Part shown: one piece after another, positions 22,531 through 32,570 of the stretch | Layout of the letters: every line of letters starts with the position of its first letter | How positions within the stretch are numbered: position 1 is the stretch's first letter | Source: Macrostomum hystrix | Lineage: Eukaryota; Animalia; Platyhelminthes | Direction: 5' to 3' | Assembly: GCA_950097015.1 (NCBI GenBank) | Contig: CATNEN010000011.1 | Location: 248,001 to 312,000, forward strand | Length of the DNA stretch: 64,000 nt | Translations under genes and position numbers: made by a program | Notes under the pieces: generated by a model | Seen by the model: only the letters and a program-made list of their open reading frames with translations | Database searches by the model: none | What the model was told of the DNA's origin: nothing

Positions 22531-23261
22531 TTCCGAATGGATTGTAGAAATGCATTGTAGCATTTGCATTGTAGAGCATTTGCATGCTATATGTATTGTA
22601 GAAATGCAGAAAAATGCTCATTCGACATGATACGATTTAAAAAAATTCTTTTTCTATTTCTTTTACTTAGAAAAACAATTTCTAAGTCACACTAAAAAGT
22701 TCGGAGGGGGGCATGCAGCTGCCCCCCGCCCCCCCCTAGATCCGCCGGCCATTGACTTTCTCTATGAATTTATTTCTAATAACGATCTAACGATATAATC
22801 TTTCTCTAGACTGATAACGAGCGGGCTGGGGTGGGTGCACGCGGGAAGCTTAATTTTGGCCACGCATAAAATATGCACAGCCCTCTCATTGGCTGGCACG
22901 AAAAAAACATTGACCTTACAGCCAGGCTCAAAATTATTGATTATTGTATTGATCATTATTGATTATAATTATTATCATAATATCATAATCATTATTGATT
23001 ATGATTATTGTACACAGGGGTCGGTCGCGTTACGCAAATTATTAAGATGAATTCGTACTCTAACGTTTACTTATAGTACCGCGTAATGAAAAGAAAAAAT
23101 AATGGCTTAAATTAAACATACGTGTTATTGTTAAAACAGCCTCCCTCGGGGCCACCAACACCTTACAACGTCACAATATTTTAGCAGAAGCGAAATGTTA
23201 TACTTTTATCTTTCTTTGAATTTTTAATCAGTAAAATTTATGATTAGCATAACATTTTTTT

Positions 23262-25170
23262 CACCCGACGGCAGAGGTCTAGACGGGGAAAAAGCTTAAA
23301 ATATCTCCCGTCTAGCCTGGAAAAAGCTCGTCTGTTAAGCTTTCTTCTATGGACTAGACCGGAAAAAGCTCATCTGTTTTAACTAACTAGTACTTCAATG
23401 CAGCAAGGCTAGAAATTAAGCGATTTATTGTGTTTTGTTTAACCTGTTAAAAATCCTAAATTTTGAAATACGACTTTGTTTTAAAGTGCTGTTTGAATAA
23501 AAACGAATTTAAAATTCATCAGCACGGGGCTGGCACTGGTATATGATTCATTATCAGGTTTGATGTTACTTGCAGAATTTACAAGCTAGTCAGTTGCTTT
23601 AAAGCTATACATAGATGTGACTTACATTGTATGGTGAAGTTGAAGATTGCTTTTTGTCGAATATGAATTTTCTTGTAATGTAACAGTAAAGCCACTATAT
23701 TACTACTTGCTAGATTAGAAAGTTGTAGTAACAGGTTACAGGAATTAACTATTAACTCAGGTTCTTTAGCTTTATGGGCTTTTTCTGATGTGAAACTTTT
23801 GTTAAGTAGAAATCAAGCTAGGCTATGCCTAGGCACGATATATTTTCTAAACATTTGATCTATTTATCCAATAATGTGCTGATAAAAACTGCATAGTTAG
23901 AACCTTTTGTTATTATTAATGCTAGTTTATATATATAAATGCTAGCTGTCCAGTCCTCTTAGTTACCCAGCCCTCTAAGCATTTGATCTATTTATCCAAT
24001 AATGGGCTGATAAATACTGCTTAGTTATAGCTTTTTTGTTATTATATATGCTAGTTAGTAGTTTAATATAGGCACTCATTTGCATGGAGAAAATTTATTG
24101 AATTGTTCTAAAATACCAAATAGCTTTTTATGTTATGATCTAGTCATATTTGTTAATTTAGAGACATTATCTATTTTAGTATTAAAATACATTTTGCAAT
24201 ATAAAGTATAACATATATATACCATATATATCCTGTCCTCCTAGCTACCCAGCCCTCTAGTCCTAGATATCCTGCCCCTAGCTGTCCAGTCCTAGCTAAC
24301 AATCTTGCCCCCCTAGCTGGCCAGTCCTAGCTAGCTATCCTGCCCCCTAGATGTCCAGTCCTAGCTAGGTATCCTGCCCCCCCTAGCTAGCTATCCTGCC
24401 CCCCCTAGCTAGCTATCCTGCCCCCTAGCTGTCCAGTCCTAGCTTGCTTTCCTGCCCACTTAGCTTGCCAGTCCTAGCTAGCAGTCTTGCCCCCCCTAGC
24501 TGGCCAGTCCTAGCTAGCTATCCTGCCCCCTAGCTGTCCAGTCCTAGCTAGCAGTCTTGCCCCCCCCTAGCTGTCCAGTCCTAGCTAGCAATCTTGTCCC
24601 CCCTAGCTGGCCAGTCCTAGCTAGCTATCCTGCCCCCTAGCTGTCCAGTCCTAGCTAGCAGTCTTGCCCCCCCCTAGCTGTCCAGTCCTAGCTAGCAATC
24701 TTGTCCCCCCTAGCTGGCCAGTCCTAGCTAGCTATCCTGCCACCCCTAGCTAGCTATCCTGCCCCCTAGCTGTCCAGTCCTAGCTAGCCATTTTGCCCCC
24801 CCCCTAGCTGGCCAGTCCTAGCTAGCTATCCTGCCCCCCTAGCTAGCTATCCTGCCCCCTAGCTGTCCAGTCCTAGCTAGCCATCTTGCCCCCCCCTAGC
24901 TGGCCAGTCCTAGCTCGCTGTCCTGCCCCCCCTAGCTAGCTATCCCGCCCCCCTAGCTGTCCAGTCCTAGCTAGCCATCTTGCCCCCCCCTAGCTGGCCA
25001 GTCCTAGCTAGCTATCCTGCCCCCCTAGCTAGCTATCCTGCCCCCCCCCTAGCTAGCTATCCTGCCCCCCTAGCTATCCTTTCCCCATAGCTGTCTAGTC
25101 CTACGCCACCTTCCTTTCCTCCCAGCTACGCTGCCTCCTTGCTCTCTAGTCCTTTCAGCTATCCTGCCAA
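23262..25170 (+). repeat. Left terminal inverted repeat (about 970 bp unique plus minisatellite at about 24230-25110)
   Basis: Reverse complement of 36450-38947. Inner part is an array of ctagctagctatcctgccccc and ctagctgtccagtc units. Inner boundary approximate. Confidence 0.88.
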
Positions 25171-25313
25171 GTACCCTGTACTTCATTCGATTCCTTATCC
25201 TTTTGCTTTCTTATCTTATTTATCAGTCCTAGCTCTGCAGTACCTTTTAATTCTGCAACCTGTTTTGTTATTAGTATCTGTAACCTGCTGGTTTTTCGTT
25301 TTAACTTTTGCAG

Positions 25314-28241
25314 ATGGTTCACACTGCGTATTCATCCTTTTTGCAGGAAAATAAACGATTCGGTAAGATAGTATTCTTCATTGTATGTGCTTTCTTAATC
25401 CTTTTTAATTGTGTAAGTAATATAAGAATAAGTTCATGCATTTTTTTCATTTTTTTCTTGAAACGGATGTGTATATGTACATGTTTAATGATGTGATTTT
25501 AGTTATTTAGCATATCCATGAAGCTGACAAGTCGTTTATACTGTAGCTAATTGCTCAATTTTTTTAATTGGTTGTTATAAAGCAAAATCCCGAATGTACA
25601 GTAAAGGTAATAAAGGTGCATGATATATTTATACTGTTACTTTTCTATTTTCAGATCAACAGAAGGAGTTGGCAGCCAGATTCAAGTCTCTCTGTGGCTC
25701 GGAAAGACAGCGGCTCGCTGCAAAGGCAGCACAGACTGCCCCCAAGCTCTCAACGATAGAGAAAATGGTAAACTGCATTTTTTTGCTTGGCGGACTCACT
25801 TTTTATCGCTACCACACCTTTTTGATTTGCTATCACACCTATCGAAAAGTTTAGCTTCGCAAGGACCCATCGTGGAAATTTTTTTTAATTGTGGCCCGTC
25901 AGGATAAGCCACCATACTTTTCATGCAGCCCAGAAGATGTAGAACTTCATCCATTGGCGCGGCAAGTGTCAGAGGTATGAGCCACGTCTCATTGGTTAAT
26001 GACCTACGCTTACTCTTGATTAATTAATAATGCTCTGTTTAAAACTATTTTTAGAAGCTTATCGGCCATTTGAAAAATCCGCCTAAAAAAGCATAATGGG
26101 TTTGAGAAAGGCCCTTCGCAAGCAGGCTCAGGATGCATATAGTAAGTTATTTTTCTCTAGCTGGTTTTTGGGCATATACAGATCCTAGAGAAGATCAAAT
26201 TTATTTTAGCGTTCAATGTGGCTATGAATAATCTTATTGGTAATTAAGATGTGTCAGCAGTAAGATTGTAATAGGAAACTACTTTTATTAGGGATTATAT
26301 TATAGTTAAATAGACAAAACGTGACAAAAGTTGCCACATTTTTTGGATTGTTAACATTTTAGATGCAGCAGGGTTTCATGGCCGCGTCCAATGGAAGAAG
26401 TTGCCTATAATTGGCCAATTCGAACCATGGTTATGCGATCCTACATGGATGACAATGGAGTCTATTAAAGCGGCACTTTCGAGCCCTATCGTATTCCATC
26501 CATCAAGATCAGGTCTTAGTTTTAGTTCTTACTTCTTACTTAGCTAAACTTACTTACTTACTAACTAAACTAAACTAAACTAAACTAAACTAAACTAAAC
26601 TAACTAATAAACTAAACTTACTTCTTAGTTTAGCGCACAATATGAAGTTATTTCGTTATTTACACTGCTTTACTTTACCGATTTATACGATAAAGGTGAT
26701 TTTAATTAGTGCAGAGAAGTTTGAGTGCTTTGAAATATCGTCTAGCTGTTTCCGTTTATTCACTGACTGATTTATCCTTATTTTAAAATCATGACTCAAT
26801 TTAAACTAGCCGTTTTGTTTAATTTCTTTATTTCTCTCCAGTTCCAATCGACGTAAGCGAACCCGAAGGCAACGAAGACCATATCGACCAATCAGAAGAC
26901 CTTGACTGGCCGAGCTCCGGCGGTCCGCACTTCGGTGTGCCGAGCTCCAGTGGGCCTAGAGGCGGTGGGCCTAGTGGCGGCGGGCCGAACTCCAGCGGGC
27001 CTAGAAGCGGTGGGCCGAACTCCAGCGGGCCTAGAAGCGGTGGGCCTAGTGGCGGCGGGCCGAACTCCAGCGGGCCTAGAGGCGGTGGGCCTAGTGGCGG
27101 CGGGCCGAACTCCAGCGGGCCTAGAAGCGGTGGGCCGAACTCCAGCGGGCCTAGAAGCGGCGGGCCGAACTCCAGCGGGCCTAGAAGCGGCGGGCCGAAC
27201 TCCAGCGGGCCTAGAGGCGGTGGGCCTAGTGGCGTCGGGCCGAACTCCAGCGGGCCTAGAGGCGGCGGGCCGAACTCCAGCGGGCCTAGAGGCGGCGGGC
27301 CGAACTCCAGCGGGCCTAGAAGCGGTGGGCCTAGTGGCGGCGGGCCGAACTCCAGCGGGCCTAGAAGCGGTGGGCCTAGTGGCGGCGGGCCGAACTCCAG
27401 CGGGCCTAGAGGCGGTGGGCCTAGTGGCGGCGGGCCGAACTCCAGCGGGCCTAGAAGCGGTGGGCCGAACTCCAGCGGGCCTAGAAGCGGCGGGCCGAAC
27501 TCCAGCGGGCCTAGAAGCGGCGGGCCGAACTCCAGCGGGCCTAGAGGCGGTGGGCCTAGTGGCGTCGGGCCGAACTCCAGCGGGCCTAGAGGCGGCGGGC
27601 CGAACTCCAGCGGGCCTAGAGGCGGCGGGCCGAACTCCAGCGGGCCTAGAAGCGGTGGGCCTAGTGGCGGCGGGCCGAACTCCAGCGGGCCTAGAAGCGG
27701 TGGGCCTAGTGGCGGCGGGCCGAACTCCAGCGGGCCTAGAGGCGGTGGGCCTAGTGGCGTCGGGCCGAACTCCAGCGGGCCTAGAGGCGGCGGGCCGAAC
27801 TCCAGCGGGCCTAGAGGCGGCGGGCCGAACTCCAGCGGGCCTAGAAGCGGTGGGCCTAGTGGCGGCGGGCCGAACTCCAGCGGGCCTAGAAGCGGTGGGC
27901 CTAGTGGCGGCGGGCCGAACTCCAGCGGGCCTAGAGGCGGTGGGCCTAGTGGCGGCGGGCCGAACTCCAGCGGGCCTAAAAGCGGTGGGCCGAACTCCAG
28001 CGGGCCTAGAAGCGGCGGGCCGAACTCCAGCGGGCCTAGAAGCGGCGGGCCGAACTCCAGCGGGCCTGAAAGCGGTGGGCCGAACTCCGGTGGACCAGGA
28101 AGCGGCGGGCCTAGAGGCGGCGGGCCGAACTCCAGCGGGCCTAGAAGCGGCGGGCCTGAAAGCGGTGGGCCGACAAGGGATGGGGATTTAGCTAATAATG
28201 TTTTGTATGAAGATGGAGAACTTTTTGTTCTTGCTGATTAA
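25314..28241 (+). CDS. Transposon companion gene: HMG-box-like N-terminus, conserved-looking middle domain, Gly/Pro/Ser repeat tail; one apparent 1-nt deletion
   Basis: GT-AG exons 25314-25362, 25655-25767, 25855-25974, 26055-26141, 26363-26512, 26842-28241. All phases agree if one A is restored in the A6 run at 26085-26090. [11 protein letters not shown]...[11 protein letters not shown]...ERQRLAAKA resembles HMG helices. Confidence 0.75.
26530..26625. repeat. (ACTAA)n microsatellite in intron 5 of the companion gene
   Basis: Direct reading of actaaactaaactaa... Confidence 0.85.
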
Positions 28242-30530
28242 TTATGCTTCTTAACATGGCGCGCAGCACAAAGTTATTTCGCAATATATATTTTACTGCA
28301 AAGTAGTTTGAGTGCTTTGAAACATGGTCTTGCTGTTTTGTATTAGATAATTTGTGATTTGATGATTTGTACGAGCTATGTAGAACTTTTTGTTTTTACT
28401 GATTAATTTTGCTCGTTTCGGGTGGGTGCGGTGGGTGGTAATTGAGGGTGGGTGCCGGGTCCCCTCAGTCCATGGACTGAACAGCCGTTCGCAGCCTTCA
28501 GGTGCGCCGCGCAGTAGCTGCCAGCTGTGCTGTCGGATGCACATGTGGCAAGATTGGGACAGGCGTAATCGATTATTATTAAAAATATTATTATCATCGT
28601 AGTGCGAGTGCACACAAAGTCTTGCACTTTTGAATCCACCACCAAAAATTAAAACGGCAATATTGTTTTCGTGACCTAGACAAGGCACGCAATTTATGTT
28701 ATCAATGTTTGAACAGAATGTGCAGCTGAAGAGAATTAAAAAAAATGCTTCCTGTTTTCCACTTCTTTCAAGTACAAACTAAAAAACTGTCGAGGCAGAT
28801 TGAGAGGCGGCGGATAGCAGTACATGTGCCACGGATGGTCGTATGCGACCGGCCAAATTGTCGACCAACTGCACGGATCGTAAACGAGTATACTGGGCAG
28901 CGGCAGCTTTAATAATCCAACTCTCCCTCACCCCAACCAAAGGCTTAGCACCTTGCGCGTTGTGCGAATTGCGCAAGTTACAATACTGCGGAGAGGGAAA
29001 TGGATCACTAGTTGGGATGAGTGAGTTATTCAGGGTGGACACGCGCAGGTTTCAATTGCGCAAGTTGTGATAGGAGGGAGAAATTGCTCACTTGCTCATG
29101 TGAACACTTTTCAATGTCCAATAGTGTAACACTGACAATATCAAAGCGTAGCTTTTAACAGATATTAAGGGATAACTCTGATATCATAGCCTAGCACTGG
29201 TAGTAGGTTAGTTTTAGGGTAGATTGTACAGATTCGATTTTAGGATATTGGGATTTAGGGAAGTGCTTAGAAGATAAAAACATTTACGTGGGGAACTTTT
29301 AGTGACAATCGTATACTAAAATAGTTGCTTACAAAAATAGTAGGGGCATTAAAACAGTAAACGCTTATTCTTCCTTTTAATAATATACTTTATCGATACT
29401 CACGGCTGCATCTTATTCGTCCGTCCGTTATTTATAAGATCGGAGGTTTTGTCTGCACATCTGTTCTCGAGATGTCGGTTTTCGAGCAGTCAGATTTTTT
29501 TACATTTTCCATGAAATTAGGTAAAGAGAAGGTAAATTCCTAAGGTGAGTTCTGTACCGCTGGCTTAGCCGACCAACACCTAGAATCATGCTGATGATGC
29601 GTTCCTTGATACACAAACAACCATGAGCTGTAAACTTTGGCACGAGGACCATTAGTAAAAGGGATGTTACACTACTCATAAGCATAAAAGGATATGAAAA
29701 AATGAAATGCCGCCTTCGGCAAAACCGGGCGACCAGACTTGGGGTAAACCCCGAACCCGGAACCCGACCCGGACCCAAAAACCGACCCGACCCCGAACTT
29801 TACCCGACTATCTCCTGGACTTGGAGTGATGGCTAAGAAGAGTACTTGTCTTAAAATACCGCCTTTTCCTTTTTCTACTTTTCTATTGTTAACTCTTCTC
29901 CCCCACTATCACTACACTACTCGACTCCGAGGACAGTCGTACTCTTCACTTTACCCTCTACTCCTGAAAGCCTCAGGCAGGTTTGTATGTTAAAAATTCA
30001 GATTTAAGTTGCTGACGTGGGATTACATAGCTAACGAAGTAAAAAGAAAACATAATTAAAGACCATTTAAAGACATAATGCAGAATTAGGATGAGCTGTT
30101 TAGACTTTAGAAATATGTATATCTATATGTATGTATTATAATTCAAGGCCTAAAATTCGTAGAATGATTTATATACATTAGAATGACTAAGGCATCACGA
30201 TTATTAATTCATTAGTGCAGTGCAAATTACGCCAGTTCAGTTTAAGAAAAAAATATTTTTGAAATGGCGCGATTTCGAAAGACGCTTTATCACGTAATAA
30301 GGCAATACTTAAATAAAACTGATAATAATAAAAACACCGGAAACCTGAACCCGGTACCAAAACCCGACCCGAAAACCCGAACCCGAACACCCAACCCCGA
30401 ACCTCGAACCCGACCCGGACATCTACACCCGAACCCGGTACCAAAACCAAGAGCAAGAAAACTGAGAAACTTCAATTCTAGACTTCATTTGCTTTCAAAG
30501 ACTATAGTCTGAAGCTACATGTATACTGCA

Positions 30531-30895
30531 TACGAGGGGGTTAAAAAGTTTTGCCGTTGACTACTTTGAGAAGCCACTTCTACTCTTCGAGAAGAAGCTA
30601 AAAGTTTGGGGAATCAAAGGTTCGGATCCATGCACCCATGAAAGCTCGTCGAGAGGCATTTCTAGAAGGCAATGCGCATGACACTTGTTCTGCGACCGCA
30701 CTGGACCCCTTACGATCGAGCTTATGCAGGAGCCTGACACAAGCATCAATTCTGATCGCTACATGTACATGTACTGAAGGATGCATGACATTCAAAACAA
30801 GCGTCACAGAGACACCAAGCCCTTCATTCTCCATCACGATAATGCAATAACACACACTGCTCAGAAGACCACTGAGGCTGTCACAAGGCTCAAAC
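30531..30895 (+). mobile_element. Decayed, internally deleted mariner-like fragment
   Basis: TA-initiated TACGAGGGG...AAAAAGTT terminus typical of mariners; FILHHDNAITHTAQKT matches the mariner second-Asp motif HHDNAxxH. Confidence 0.6.
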
Positions 30896-31834
30896 CTTCT
30901 GCCACACCCGCCATACTCGGCCAATTAGCTTTGCTCGACTGGCTCACTACAGTCTGCAGCAGCAAGCACCAGGACGCAGGTGTCGAGCGGCGCTTCGTGC
31001 CGCCCTTCCTGCGTTCCTCCCGTACATGTACTTTTGTGTCTCAACCCCTTGCCCAGTGTATTTGCAATTACCCCCACCAGCCCAATCCGGTTCTCCGGTT
31101 TGTCTGGCCCTCGGCTTAGCCAGGCAGGCCGCTGATTGGCTGCAAACACTTATTTTCTCGACGCTCTAATTCTCTTCTTCGCCTCTCGGCTCTACTGCAG
31201 CCTGCCCCAACCCCAACACCCAACTCGGGGTGGCTAAGCCCCACTCCTCCCCTTCTCACCTCCATGGATGCGAGGCTGGTGCGAGCCAATTTTGCGTCTG
31301 CCACCCCCTGGCAATGTCATTGGCTGGAGGGCGCAGCCCGGCCCCGCCCCTGCTCTGATTCTCTCGCCCCTCCCCGCCACTATTTATTTGTGCGCTCCGC
31401 TCGCCATGCCATAACGCGCTCTCGACCGCCCTACCCTGCTTAATTGCTCCGGAAAACTTGGTTTGACGCGCGGTCTCTTACTCCGACGAATCAAATCGAT
31501 TACCTAAGATCAGATTTTGACACTTAGAAGAACCACACAGTGCATTGCGGTGAGCGCAGGCACAGAGCAGAGGATTGCCAATAATACTGAGCAGTCAGCG
31601 CGTGCACGACCTGCACTACTAGCCCGAGACGCGATTTATGAGCTCCCGGTAAGATTCGACTTTCCGCGTTTATTATTTCACCTGGTTGTTCTCATTGCTC
31701 GAGCGTCTTCGGTTATTTACGTTACGTTCGATGGAGTCCGAGTGGCCGTCTGCTCACTCGACACTTTTATTATCCGTTATTTCGATCATTATTGTCTGCA
31801 AAGTGTCCGTACGCCTCCAGGCTTTTGCTTACCC

Positions 31835-31950
31835 TAACACTCTGTAGTGCACAAGACCGACTGCAGGTGAGATGGCCAGGCAGATGCTGAGGTTCTGACC
31901 GCGCTGACCATTCACAGTCGCATTGGTTCTGTCCGATTGAGATGTCCAAC
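31835..31950 (-). pseudogene. IS630-Tc1-like transposase fragment
   Basis: TVNGQRGQNLSICLAISPAVGLVHY resembles the GQRGxNxxxCxAISxxGxxH segment of Tc1-like DDE domains; short and isolated. Confidence 0.45.
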
Positions 31951-32570
31951 CCAGCAGAAATTGCAGAAATTGCTTGCAAACTTGCCTAACTAGCATGCAA
32001 AAAGGTACGGTATAGTCGAACTCCACAGCTTAATTACAGTGAATGAGACTAGGCAAATATGCATTTACGTGTCAATTCCGATATTCATGGTAGATCGGCT
32101 ACTGCTAGTAGTTAAGCAGAATTATGAAAAAAACGAAGGCGCATTAACACTGCCTTTTAGGGTTTGACATTTGGTTTGTTGTTACTTTTTAGCAAAGTAA
32201 CTGCGACCATATCCAATCAATTTTCAAAATGGACGCGAATTCTCGCTTCTCTCGCCACTGTGGCATAAGAATTGTGCTCAAAGTAACAATTATTATTAAC
32301 TAAATCGCAGCACTGAAAACAAAAGTAATAAAATAGCGCGCTAGTGAGTAGATTCACAAAGTTGTTTTGATGTAAATCCACAGTCAGCAAGAAATACAAG
32401 AAATACAATTTTCCGTATTAAGGAAGATTGTACTGCAACAATATAAATGGGAACTGTAGGAAGTAATTGTGCACACCAATAACACATCGAAAAAATTTCT
32501 TCTGTTGCAGTTAAATGAGTTAGAAAATAACAGAAAGAAAAAAACTTTTATCTTGCACGACACCGTAAAA

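Larger units (their letters stand above)
17942..22754 (-). mobile_element. Internally deleted hAT transposon interrupted by a LINE
   Basis: Imperfect TIRs CAGGCGCGGATCCAGG / CCTAGATCCGCCGGCCATTG; perfect 8-bp TSD ACTTTCTC at 17934-17941 and 22755-22762; transposase remnants inside. Confidence 0.88.

Noticed and set aside
26902-28191. 429-aa [13 protein letters not shown]
   Set aside because: Alternative frame of the Gly/Pro/Ser repeat; only the other frame is in phase with the upstream exons.
29734-30510. Possible MITE bounded by CAGACT/AGTCTG
   Set aside because: Only a 6-bp inverted match and no TSD.
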